A DNA stretch of 64,000 nt from Paraphysomonas bandaiensis (GCA_965644295.1 CBFFRP010000146.1:1-64000), one strand, 5' to 3'. Positions 1 to 11,722 are shown, numbered from the stretch's first letter. Notes: generated by a model from the letters alone, not told the origin. Numbers and translations: made by a program.

Positions 1-1778
1 GGTCGTGAACCTGGTACTCAATCACCTGACAACAAAAGTTTGTTGCAGTCATCCTGATAAAATGCAACCCGCCGCCATGAAGATGAATATGAGATTATAG
101 AGACCGTTAGGAGCATAGAGCCGTCTACGATGTTTTACTTCATCGTAGTAATACGGATGGGGATGTTGTAGTGTATCTGCCGCCAGCTGGTCCTGGAGAA
201 GTTCCATCGCTTTGCCGTTTTAGGGACTGCTCCGACAAAGACTCCGCAGAACCTGTTACCTCATTCGAGCGCATAATGGCGTTTGGTCCTAAGATAACTC
301 CCAATCACGATAGAGATGATCCAGAAACGAAAGAACTTCCCTATCATGGAAGGTTTAGCTGGGACCAGTAACAGTGTTGGTGAACTCCTCTACGCTGTGG
401 AGATTCCAGTTGCGTCCGATATAGTGATTGATATTTGGAAGGTACCGGATGATGACATACACCTGGGCAACTACAACTATTCAAGGAGTAAAATTTGCTG
501 TATTAGAACGTATATTGTTATGTCGGAATCGAGATGGGGATTCCTACGGTATGGGAATTGAAAGTTGAGGTCGAACCCGGTTGATGGCAGAATGTTGATT
601 AGGGAGATAATCAGTGCAGGGTCATAGAATCACTAATACAACAACGCTAATAAACAACATGCTATTCATACTAGTATTTTTTCTTGTAAATATGGCTGGA
701 TATAAGTTTAAGTATGAGGTCGTGAGAAATAGGATATAGCACGTGGTAGCCGAGAGAGATTCATTCCAACATCCCTCAGGTAATAAGGTTCTTACATTGA
801 AAGTTATTATGGATTTTGGAAGCATTGAGAAAGAGCAAAGGTCAAGCAATTATTTAACGTCCAGTCAGAACTTCAACTAAACAGCCAGCACGGTGTGATA
901 TCATTAGGTGAATGACATATTATTAGCAATAGATAATGGATATTACATATAATAAAAGCAACACTGTTAGAAGTGAAACAAGTAGCTAAACAAAGAGATA
1001 CAAACGAAATGCTATGAAGATTAAAAATTTAGACTCATTCTAATGTAGAAGCTCGCATACTAGTGTAATGCCTAGCCTCCCACATGAGACAGCACGGTGT
1101 CAGCCCCTACTAGGAATAGCATTGCAACCATCCTAAAGATCGTCTTGATAAAATGTGAAAAATATGGATTAGTAAAAAGCGCTTGTCCCAATATTCTAGT
1201 AACGTAAGTATTGTAGGATTAGTACAGTGCTTAAATCCGCGCCGATGATAAGAAGAATAACGGTCGGTTGTGGAAGTGATGACTCACCTCACATACCAGG
1301 GCGTAGAACAGGCAGCGAGCGTATAATTGACAATAATGACTCTCAGCTTAAAGCAGCCTGTTGTGCATATCTATGAACAATAATACTGTGTGATATACTT
1401 AGCTTTTATATATCTATGTATCTAGTATCTATGTATTTAGATATCTAGATATCTATGTAGCTATATAGTAGTGTATCACAGATGCGAGTATCTACTCTGT
1501 ACATCTACAGCTGGACTATGATGAGCAGCGGTACGTACGTACTTCATAGATAAGCTTTTTCTATATGTTGGATATGTATGTATTTCTCGTACATACAGGC
1601 TGTATACACAGCAGTACATCTAGCAGTACTGTACTGCTGTATATATACGTGTGTATCTGTCATATCTGTGCTGTTGCAGAATTAATTCAGTTAAGTGGCA
1701 TATAAGTCGACTCGTCGAACATATTAGATCATCTCTGTAATAATTTCTCGTACTGGTGTATGCTCTACTGATAGTAGA

Positions 1779-2516
1779 ATGAGTGAGTACATTGTAGTTC
1801 AGAATTCTAAGTATTGGAACAGTTGGCGAGCATCGAAAGTCTATTCGCTACAAGTCAATATATACAGTGGCAATATTGAGTGCGAACCATCTAGTGCTAT
1901 TCGCCCCTCACAGATTGATCCTTACGTTGTTTGTTTTCTTGCAAGAGATCGATCCTTAAGTAAGAAGAAAACTACAATACTGAAGAAAACTGTTCGACCG
2001 GTATGATAAGGCGACTGCTTATATATGACTCTAACAAATATGTTTTCTGTCATGTAGGTATGGAACGAGTGCGTGCTATTTACGGGACTGGATATTCAGG
2101 ATAAATTTTGTATTGAATTAAAAATGCCAGCATGGGGGCCCATTAATCCTGTTCTTGCACACTACGCCTTTACGTTGGAAGAGCTGCTCGTATTCAGTGC
2201 TGACGACCTTGAATGCAAGACATTCAAGTTTACGTCCGGTACACCGGGTGTATCAGCTGATGTCACGTTGGGATTTGTTCTTGATGCCCCGGTGTCGTGT
2301 TTGCAAGTACCCGATTTGCAGGCAGAAGGCGCCCATGCCAACCAGATACTCGGCGAAAATGCTTCTGGTGAACTTCCTGTATTCCTTAACACACACGGTG
2401 CATTCGCCAGCTTCTCTTTCTATGCGGACTCTCATCAGTATGTGGAGGAATATGGTCAAGTTGTTCCCCATGATAGTACAGTGAAAAGCCAACCCTCTAA
2501 TGTGGTTGCTCTGTGA
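1779..2516 (+). CDS. C2-domain-containing protein (2 exons, intron 2001-2057)
   Basis: Spliced reading gives ...IDPYVVCF...KKKTTILKKTVRP|VWNECVLF, the C2-domain signature (DPYV...KT...K.T.NP.WNE.F). GTATGA...TGTAG intron joins the two ORFs in frame. Confidence 0.75.
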
Positions 2517-3001
2517 TGTTTTATTGTTGCCCTTATGAGAAAATGGAACTATTGGAATTAGCGACCTCATTTTGGTGCCTTTGTGATTGAATACTACCCT
2601 CTATGATTGCATGTGATAAATTATGTTTCTCTTCAACCGTCGTAAAAAGGGTTGATGTTGCTGTGCATAGGTAATTCCCGTTCTGTGTGAACTCATATAA
2701 TGCGCCATATTTAGTTCTTCGATTATGTTTTATTATTTAAGTCAAGAGAAATCCGTATTACGAATCGTAATCCTTGAGCAACATTTTCTACAAGCTGGCC
2801 TATATACTTCTGTTGCTGACTTCATATCAGATACTTGTGTATCGTATATAGCGAATTTCAGGAAACGTTTTAATACTAGTTCCGCACCACTGCCATCACC
2901 TTATTACTTATTACGGTGGCACAATGCCATTGATCAAAAACACAAGTACAAAGTCACTTTAAAATATAATGCGCACAAATTACTATGAAAAAGTTACTAC
3001 G

Positions 3002-4810
3002 TTACTGCACACCCCATCCCCTCATATTAGCATGATGTTTCAGGCGTTGCACCATTTCACTGACAACATATTCCGGAGATAGTTTCTGCATTGTTTCTCG
3101 TGCTGCGAAGCCCTTCGCAGCAGCAGTTTGGGGATTCTCAAATACATTTCTCATATGTTGCGAAAGAATCTCCACACTTGGTGACACATATCCATTCAAG
3201 TCATCTTTATCATCTAACGGAACGAGAAACGCATTGGTGTTATCTGCATATGCAGTGGGGCCGGAGTAGTTTGTGACGATGACTGGGAGGCCAATCGACA
3301 TTGCTTCTGCAACTGGTAAACACCATCCTTCACCTATGCTAACCGTAAGAATTCTGTATAATAGCAATACACTTCTGGCAAACCTCTAGTTGGAAGTACA
3401 AATGCATTACTTTCCCAATAAAGCATGCGCATCTCTTCCCTTGTCATCTCCGGTGATCGATCTGATAGGATGTGTATATATCAGTAATATGTGAAAACAA
3501 AAACAAAAGAATATACCGGGAGGTACAGTACAATCTCCACATCCTATATCTACCTTAGCAAGATCAGACAGAGGTTTCCCGAAGTAATTACGAGCATAGT
3601 TTGCTATGTTTTGCGAAATGTTCTTATCCCCTCTGAGGAAGTTTGGTCGATAAGTGTGCAAACGCAAAACCACATTGTCCACAGGTGAAAACACCGACCA
3701 ATAGGCCTGAAGCAGGACATCCCAGCCCTTCCGATGTTCCCACTTGAACACAGATAAAAACTGAAAAGGACCAGGTGATTGGGTACATTGGGCAATATCA
3801 TCTGGGCTCCTCGGGTGAAAGAGTTTGGTATCGACTGCCTCTGGAACGACGATTACACTGGGTAGGCGCAAATTGAGTTGAGATGAAAGCGCAGAGAACA
3901 CTCCCCTGTGCCACTCTGTCGGCACCCATATTTCGTCCATCCTACTAGCACATTGAATTACCTCATATTCTTCCCGATTGAGCCCGACAGAATGAAAGCT
4001 CTTCTCGCCTCTCTCAAGCATATACCGACCAATCCATATGGTATTTATATCACGGGGAAGAGTATTGATCGACTGGTTTTGATATACGCAGGTTGTTCCA
4101 TGAAATATAATAGCACGTGGTGCCGGAAGACGAGTCGTGATGGCACCTATCGATGAAGGCGCAGCTCTAGGTCCAACAAACGATCCACGTTGACAGTTAG
4201 ACCCTAAGGGAGTGACTTCTCCTTCTTGTCTGTTGGCAATATATTGTCCCTGCAGTGAGCACCCAGGACCAGAAGAACAGTCATCTCCAAAACTCCATGC
4301 TACACACATAGGGTCTTCAACACATGCAGCACAGCATTTTTCTACAGAAATTGGATCAGGACTCACAATAGTCGGCCTAGCCAAGTTATAGAACTGATGA
4401 CGGGTGTCGGGCTTAAATGTGCGCATCTCTTGGCATAGCGAAATATCTAAGGTTCGGGACATATTATTAAACTTCAAACTATAACCCTGACTTCTATACG
4501 TGCGATTTGGGCTTGTCAGCTGCAGAATATGTTCTTTCTCGCTGGGAAACAGTTGACTGAGGATACTGGATGAGGAATCCGCTGCACTTTCATGCAAAGA
4601 AGAGTTAAAAAAAGACTTCGAAACCCGACAATGAGGTAGTATAGTTCTCATGGCAGATGAAATGCCAATCAGTTCAAAGAAGAATCCATGAGACGATAGC
4701 TCGGACCCTTGAATGACCCAGTCGATATCCATTTCCAGTGGATCCACTCTATCTCCTACGATACATCTTGCTAGAAGAACTACTAACATGACGCATCTTG
4801 ATGTCTTCAT
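3002..4810 (-). CDS. GT4-family (GT-B) glycosyltransferase with N-terminal signal and PAN/apple-like Cys module (3 exons; introns 3462-3516, 3334-3383)
   Basis: Motifs MDEIWVPTEWH, VVPEAVDT, FLSVFKWEHRKGWDVLL, spliced FVLPTRG|EGWCLPVAEAMSIGLPVIVTNYSG. CCAACVEDPMCVAWSF...C is PAN-like. Confidence 0.9.
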
Positions 4811-5479
4811 TGCTTGCTAGTTTACACAGCAAGCTGCAAGATGGAGTCTCTTCTTGTCTATAGATGCACTGTGCTGTGGTCGTATATATATATGTATTAA
4901 GATCATTGCCAGTTACTCCACCAGTGGGACTCTAATACAGTGTATTCTTCTTTAGAATACGGTATCTCTCTATCAGTTCTCGATATCGTCAATGGATTGT
5001 ACCATAGGGTTACAATTTCCAATAACGGACATTTTTACCATTAAAAAAACCGGGTTTCATTTGAAAAAACCCAGGTTTATTTGTAAAAAAGCCAGTTTTC
5101 GTTTAAAAATTCTGATATTTTGCATAAAAATCAGTTTTTGGATATTATTTTTATATGTATATCAACTTCCACAGGAGCGACACACACATAAACTACAGCC
5201 GGAGTAGCCGAGACTCGTCGGGGTTGCTTGGCACTCTCTCAGCACTCTGCACTCAGATACACGTACAAAACCAGATCATCAGGAGCGAGCAGCGAACACA
5301 TGATCATGAGTATTGTTATTATAATGTGTGTGTTGTAATCACTACTTGTATAGTGTGGTTGAGATGTAGTGTGATGCACACCGACATACACAACACGTAT
5401 ATGCAGAGGGAAGGAGTTCATCAGCTGTGCACTGTGATCTCCGCACATATATCCATATTACACTGATACACATGTACAT

Positions 5480-5965
5480 TGTGCTGTAATTCCATCTTCT
5501 TCTTCAATGATTATGGTGGTGTTAGCGCCAGGCAGATATGTTTGACACGCGAAGATTCTGTCATGGTGAAGGTGCTGGAGCGAATCCCCAACAGGCACAG
5601 GAGGACCAATTTGGCAGTGGTTCAGATGCTCAGACTCGTGGAGGAACAAGTTGAAGTTCCCCTACAGCATATCAGACAGGAGATATGTGCATGGCGATCT
5701 GTATCATGCAGATGTGGTTATGTTTCACGAAGGGATGTTCGCACCCAGCCTATTGAGAAGACGAATTACAGGTCTCATGGCGTGCACCTAGTTCTCTGGG
5801 CAGGTGTCGATTCAAGATACAGAAGTTAATCAGAGGTTGATATGAAAGAAGTATAAAATTATGTTGTTGATGTGTTTTACACGACAATGCATAATTGCCT
5901 ATGCAATAATAATCTATCTAGTCTAAAAACTTATCTTTTCTTTCACGATCTAGACAAGTAAAAAT
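5480..5965 (+). mobile_element. Highly deleted relic of the same copia family (RT/RNaseH scraps plus LTR 3' part)
   Basis: IPNRH..RTNLAVV resembles FPYRQ..RPDLAYAV. ttcacgaagg...tgagaagacgaattacagg resembles 11440-11497. aatctatctagtctaaaaactta...aagtaaaa (~5911-5963) resembles the LTR 3' end. Confidence 0.6.
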
Positions 5966-6571
5966 ATTCAAAAGTCAATAGAAGACTTTACATGGACCAA
6001 GTCATTACCAAAAGTGGAACTAATGTGAAAAAATTATCAGATATATAACATAAAGCACAAAATTCATTACTATGTACAATGTCAAGTTATCAAGTTATGA
6101 CACTATTGGATGATTTACTAATTTAACTGGACGATTATTTCCTCATTGATCTTCATATAATTATTATAATCAATATCTCTTTTCATTCATCAATTTCATG
6201 TAATCTCTACGACCAATCATTTCTCGTAAGATATTACATCGTCACTATCTTGTATGATCAATATATTATATTCAGTTTCATTACTATGTAGGAAAATAGG
6301 TCAAACGGGACGCATGTCATACTTTCAGCTGTAGCCATCATGTTGTTAGTTCTCATAATACTGTTAACTACTACTGTATTCTTCGACTAACGGTCATAAT
6401 TCCAATACCTTAGAATTACAGCTCTTAATTGCTCAGGCAGAGAGAGCAAAACTCAACATAGAAGTAGATACAATCATATCTTTTTAAATACTACCATAAT
6501 TTTTTAAACAACTTCCAACTAGCTAAGTATCATGTTTCTAATTACTGCAGAGTACATTACCTGGTAAAAAT

Positions 6572-6864
6572 TATTAGAATATGGACTGTATCCTAGTATA
6601 TTCAATGTGGTACTTGAAGACAATGTACGAGAATACAGTGAAGTATGGTGATGTGTAGATGCTGTTATGATATTGAGAAAACTGAAATAGTTTGCTCTTT
6701 CAAGATATGTTTAGTAGCGAAAGGTCTACAGAAGTAGTGATTTATGCATGGCACAAAACGAGCTTGTGTTGTTTAACACAATTTGTGTAAACGATATTAA
6801 TAAATCTATCTAGTCTAACAACTTAATCTCTCTTTGATCTAAGTAAAATGAGCATTTCCCAACA
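6572..6864 (+). repeat. 5' LTR (TATT...AACA)
   Basis: Matches 11734-12026 base for base by eye. Confidence 0.95.
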
Positions 6865-9800
6865 TGGTAGCGAGCGAGGAGGAGAGAAGGAGGATAGAGG
6901 AGTAGTTCCTCAGTTCAACGAGACTAACGTTGAACAATGGATTGAGGACTTCGAGACATTCCTTATGAGGAAGGAACAAAGCGAGGTAGCGGTGGAACTG
7001 CCACCTAAGGAGAGCGACTTCGGGGAGCAGCCACTTACGTTGATGGAGGAGAAGGCGTACAGACAGGCTGTGAAGAGGTATTGGAAGGCGAACGCCATAG
7101 CTTATTCTTACTGCAGGGATGCGGTGCAGCATTCCCCGAAAGCGCTGCGTAAATTCCATCTTACCCACAAAGCGTTCAAGGCAGAAGGGAGTGGTGTAAA
7201 CAGGTTCAAAACACATGTAATGATTGATGAGTTGAAGAAGTGTTTTGCTGGAGGGAAGCAAAATAGGATCAGTGACCTCTTAACTCAATATGGTTCTTTC
7301 CGTATGCGTCCGGAGGAGACGGCGAAGGACTACGTACTACGGTTCGAACTACTGCTGAAGGAACTACAGGAGCAGCAGCAGGATATCTCGGAGGTATCAA
7401 AAACAAGTCGACTACGAGAAGGCTTGCTCAATGAAGAGTATGCTCAACTGAGAGTTGGATTATACTTGATGGATGATGATGTTAATTATGTAACTGTATC
7501 ACGTAAGATAGAAGGCTATGATGATACTATGGCTGGGAAGGAAGCGTTGGAGAAGAAGCGTAAAAGAGTGGAGGAGCTGAACCTGATAGACAGTAAGAAA
7601 CGATATCGCAGAGAGAGGGATCATCGTAAGAAGAACAACGGTAAGAAGAAGCCGATGAAGAAGGATACAGAGATTACAGGGCAGCGACCTGGAAGTGCCG
7701 AATATACTGGGTGCAGAAATTGTAAGTCAAAGGAACATCTTGCCATCGATTGTCCAGCATCGAAAAAGAAGTACTCGCAAAGCAAGAGCAAGGCTGTGAG
7801 GTTTCAAGATGGAAGGAAACCAGACAAAAGACTACTTACAGTTGAAAACATCAGGCGTGGAGAGCCAGCGGATTTGTCTGACGAAGACGAAGCAAATATG
7901 ATCGAGCAACAGGAAGAGTATCACTTGTCATGTAATGTGTATGAGACGAATATATGCAGTAGTGTGCATGAGGATATTCACTATACATACATTGATACCT
8001 GTTGTTCGTCATCAATGTTTTTGATAAATGATGTGAATATACTTGATAGTCATATGCACACATCAAAGGTTATTAATGGTTCGAAAAAAGGGTCAGAGAT
8101 ATGCGTCACGAGTGTAGGTTCCCGTGGAGCATGGAAGAACATTGAGGTATCAAGTCAGATAAATCGGTGTCTTTGTTCTGGACGGAAGTTGAACGATATG
8201 GGATATCGATTTACTGTATGGTATGGTATACAGATATATGACAGAAATACGGATGAGCTGGTGTTGGAGGGACCTATGAAGAATGGAATGACTGCTGTGC
8301 CAACACAGCAGTTATTGGAGCTTCCAGACGTATCGACATCCAGTGATTCAGAAGTAAATCTCAGTGACCGTACGGGTGAGGATGAACTGGAGCTGTTACA
8401 TAGGAGAGCGGGTCATTTTAACAAGCATGCGTTGGTAGAAGCCCACAAAAGAATGCTAATTATTGGGACTGGACTGAAACGAAAACATCTCTCGAAACGT
8501 GTTTCCAAAGAACAGTGTCTATGTGATGTATGCGCCAGGGCGAAGATCACCAGAGTAAGTTTTCGGACAAAGGATGAGGACTCCGTTCGTCCAAATTTCT
8601 CGGCCGATATAGCAGTATACTTAAATTGTCCAGCTCGAGGAGGGGAAATATATGTGCTCAAACTAACACACCATGCCAGTCGGATGTTCTGGTCGGAAGG
8701 GCTTGTTCATAGGACTGGGTCATCGGTACTGCAGGTTTTCAAGAAGATTTTTGAAGGAGATGTGAAAAGGTACAAATTAGAAATGCATCATTACCATGCA
8801 GATGGAGCAGGGGAGCTAATATGTGATGAGCTGCGACAATATCTTAGGTCACAGGGTTGCTATCAACATACGTGGAGCTCTACGGACTCTCCTGAGATGA
8901 ACGCGATTGAGGAGCGGAAATTCAGGACCTGTGGTGAGATGACATTAGCGATGCTGATTCAGTCAGGATTGCCTTCACAGTTTTGGCTAGATGCCTACAT
9001 GGCAGCCAGGTACATATTAATTCGATTGCCTACAAAGACAGCGAAGGGGTATATGTCCCCTCTTGAATTTTTGACTGGTGAGGCTCCCAACCTGAAATAT
9101 CTCAGAGTATGGGGGTGTCGTGCGTATGTCCTCACTACAAAGGCGGATCGACGGAAAGACTGGGACGACAAGGCCCTTATCGGATATCTGATAGGATATT
9201 CAGATGAAAAGGTAGGATATGATGTATATCTACCTGCGACTGATAGGGTCGTCACGTCGGTACATGTATTAACTGATGAGTCCATACCGTCACGCTCGGA
9301 GAGCTATTTCGCTGAGATAGATGCTCTTCGAGTGAAGGAGGCCGAGAGACCGAAAATTGTGTCTGACTATGCGGGCTTAGAAGGTACATATCATATTGAT
9401 GATGAGGATGGTCTTCTCTACAAGACCACGAGAGTAGTAGAACGAAAGGGGGTAATAGTAGCCTATCGATCTCTGGTAACTGCAGGTCGGAAGCATATCG
9501 AGCACCGGGTGCCGATTCACGTCGAGGACGTAGTGCGAATGACTGCAGAAACTCCCGGGAATACCGGATATATAGGAAAGGGGGACGCCCTGAGTACTAT
9601 GCCAGCCAGGGTGCTGGACCAGGGAAGACCTGGAGGGTTACAGGAGAGTCCTGACCCAACCTGTCAGGAGACAGCTGTGAGGTTGCAGACCTCTGAAGAC
9701 TATGAGTCTGGGGTTGTGAGCGGGGCTCCTCCCACAACGCACGATGTGCGTGCTCAGGATGAGCAAGGTACGGGTTCTTATATACCTCGTCGACCGATTG

Positions 9801-11560
9801 AACTAGATGGTGATGGTCGGGTCCGACGCAAACGGCTGCAGCGGAGACTGGCAAACGCGTCAGTTTTAGGAGAGATTAATATGGTTGAAGTACCGGATGC
9901 GCATAATATTGATCTTAACCATGCAGAGACAGAAGATATCAAGATACCAAATTCATATGCCGAGGCAGAGAGATCTCCACAGTATCAACAATGGAGAAAA
10001 GCTCGAATGGTGGAGAAGACATCATTGCTGAAAAGACGTGTCTTGAAGATCGTGAAAATTCCAAGCGGAGTGAAATTAGTTAGAGCGAAATATGTGCATA
10101 CGGTGAAGCGAGACATACTAGGGAATATAGTAAAGTACAAGGCTCGGCTAGTGGCATTAGGAAATCTCCAAGAGAAGAAGGAGGAGGAGCCGTCCACTTT
10201 CGCTCCAGTGGTTAAGGGTATAACCATTAGACTAGTGTTAGCGATTGCGTTTATGTTACAGATGCATGTGCATCAATTAGATGTATCATCCGCATTTTGC
10301 TATGCAGATCTGGAGGATGACGTGTATATGGCACCTCCACCAGATGAGGAATTACTAGCTGGATGGTGTTTTCAACTAATCAAGGCATTGTATGGACTGC
10401 GATCTTCACCGCGACAGTGGAATAAACATATTGACAAGTTTATTAAATCATTGCATTTTACTCCGTGTATTTTGGATACGTGTTTGTATATGCGATGGAG
10501 TAACGGAAAACTGCATTTATTATTGATATATGTTGATGATATCATAATTGCATCCGCTGATCTGACTTACTTGGAAAGCGTAAAGCGTAGGTTCTGTGAA
10601 ACATTCGAGATGCATGATCTGGGAGTGTGTAAGCGATTTCTGAACATCAGGATAACCAGAGGAGAAAATTGGTATATGTTAGATCAATCTGAGTATGCTA
10701 AGAATATTATCAAGAAATTCAGCTCAGTTATGGGAAAGAGTAGTAAGAATAAGGAGGCCCCACTACCTACTAATGTTCAGGATCTGTTGGCAGAGGAACG
10801 TGAACTTACGGAGGAGCAGAAGCAGTGGGTTGACTCATTTCCGTATCGGCAAATTATTGGAGCAGTGTTGTATCTAGCAATGCATACTAGACCTGATCTG
10901 GCTTATGCAGTGGGGTTATTGTCTCGATTTAGTAGTTGTCCGACATATGCATCGTGCAAACTGGCGATTCACTTATTGAAATATTTGCGTGGAACAATTG
11001 ATGAGGGCATCAGATTCAGTGGGAGTGAGTTCGACTTACATGTGTTCAGTGATTCAGATTGGGCTGGTGATAGACTGACTCGGCGATCGACAACAGGATA
11101 CATTGTGTTCTTATGTGCAGGCGCATTGGCCTGGCAGTCTAAACTACAGACAACAGTTGCAACTTCGAGCATGGAATCTGAATATATGGCGGAGTATGCG
11201 GCTATGCAAGAACTGGTGTGGCTTCGGGGGGTGTTCAAGGAGCTCGGGCTCTTAGTTGCGAAGCCGACTCCATTCTTTATGGATAGCAAGAGTGCGAAAG
11301 ATCTCTCCGAGAATCCTGTGTATCATAAGAGGTCGAAGCATATAGACATCAAGTATCACTGGGTGAGAGAGCATGTAAATGGAAAATTTCCTACGGCAAA
11401 GTTGATTCATGTGTCGACGGATGATATGGCGGCTGATATTTTCACGAAGGCATTGTCAACGAAACTTTTCAGTCGTCATGAGAAAACTATTACCGGGGTT
11501 AAGAGAAGTGTGTCAACCAGAGTTGAGGAGCAGCAGAAGAAGCGACCCCGAAGAGGTTAA
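6848..11560 (+). CDS. Copia Gag-Pol polyprotein (1570 aa)
   Basis: CCHC knuckle CRNCKSKEHLAIDC; protease IDTCCSSSM; integrase HRRAGH...CDVC with D(SADI), D(HADGAGE), E(NAIEER); RT HQLDVSSAF and YVDD; RNaseH SDSDWAGD, SSMESEY, ADIFTKAL. Confidence 0.97.
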   Translation: MSISQHGSERGGEKEDRGVVPQFNETNVEQWIEDFETFLMRKEQSEVAVELPPKESDFGEQPLTLMEEKAYRQAVKRYWKANAIAYSYCRDAVQHSPKALRKFHLTHKAFKAEGSGVNRFKTHVMIDELKKCFAGGKQNRISDLLTQYGSFRMRPEETAKDYVLRFELLLKELQEQQQDISEVSKTSRLREGLLNEEYAQLRVGLYLMDDDVNYVTVSRKIEGYDDTMAGKEALEKKRKRVEELNLIDSKKRYRRERDHRKKNNGKKKPMKKDTEITGQRPGSAEYTGCRNCKSKEHLAIDCPASKKKYSQSKSKAVRFQDGRKPDKRLLTVENIRRGEPADLSDEDEANMIEQQEEYHLSCNVYETNICSSVHEDIHYTYIDTCCSSSMFLINDVNILDSHMHTSKVINGSKKGSEICVTSVGSRGAWKNIEVSSQINRCLCSGRKLNDMGYRFTVWYGIQIYDRNTDELVLEGPMKNGMTAVPTQQLLELPDVSTSSDSEVNLSDRTGEDELELLHRRAGHFNKHALVEAHKRMLIIGTGLKRKHLSKRVSKEQCLCDVCARAKITRVSFRTKDEDSVRPNFSADIAVYLNCPARGGEIYVLKLTHHASRMFWSEGLVHRTGSSVLQVFKKIFEGDVKRYKLEMHHYHADGAGELICDELRQYLRSQGCYQHTWSSTDSPEMNAIEERKFRTCGEMTLAMLIQSGLPSQFWLDAYMAARYILIRLPTKTAKGYMSPLEFLTGEAPNLKYLRVWGCRAYVLTTKADRRKDWDDKALIGYLIGYSDEKVGYDVYLPATDRVVTSVHVLTDESIPSRSESYFAEIDALRVKEAERPKIVSDYAGLEGTYHIDDEDGLLYKTTRVVERKGVIVAYRSLVTAGRKHIEHRVPIHVEDVVRMTAETPGNTGYIGKGDALSTMPARVLDQGRPGGLQESPDPTCQETAVRLQTSEDYESGVVSGAPPTTHDVRAQDEQGTGSYIPRRPIELDGDGRVRRKRLQRRLANASVLGEINMVEVPDAHNIDLNHAETEDIKIPNSYAEAERSPQYQQWRKARMVEKTSLLKRRVLKIVKIPSGVKLVRAKYVHTVKRDILGNIVKYKARLVALGNLQEKKEEEPSTFAPVVKGITIRLVLAIAFMLQMHVHQLDVSSAFCYADLEDDVYMAPPPDEELLAGWCFQLIKALYGLRSSPRQWNKHIDKFIKSLHFTPCILDTCLYMRWSNGKLHLLLIYVDDIIIASADLTYLESVKRRFCETFEMHDLGVCKRFLNIRITRGENWYMLDQSEYAKNIIKKFSSVMGKSSKNKEAPLPTNVQDLLAEERELTEEQKQWVDSFPYRQIIGAVLYLAMHTRPDLAYAVGLLSRFSSCPTYASCKLAIHLLKYLRGTIDEGIRFSGSEFDLHVFSDSDWAGDRLTRRSTTGYIVFLCAGALAWQSKLQTTVATSSMESEYMAEYAAMQELVWLRGVFKELGLLVAKPTPFFMDSKSAKDLSENPVYHKRSKHIDIKYHWVREHVNGKFPTAKLIHVSTDDMAADIFTKALSTKLFSRHEKTITGVKRSVSTRVEEQQKKRPRRG
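6865..6876 (+). other. Primer-binding site TGGTAGCGAGCG (probably initiator tRNA-Met)
   Basis: Directly follows the LTR-terminal CA. TGGTAGC is complementary to ...GCUACCA, the 3' end typical of eukaryotic tRNAi-Met (A1:U72). Conserved in the copy at 59696-59707. Confidence 0.8.
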
Positions 11561-11722
11561 AGGTGTGTTTTAGTGGGTGAGAATCCCACATAACTATATA
11601 TCTAGTTGACTGCTAGTTATATATGTATCTTGATAAGATTTCACATCTATTTTACCTATGAGACTAGTTTATAGCATGAAGATCACTGTACTCATTGTTG
11701 TTTCGTATCACTGCATTCTACA

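Noticed and set aside
5040-5145. ~21-bp periodic repeats as a CRISPR array or minisatellite
   Set aside because: Only the A/T tracts are periodic; no conserved repeat with spacers, no cas genes, eukaryotic context.
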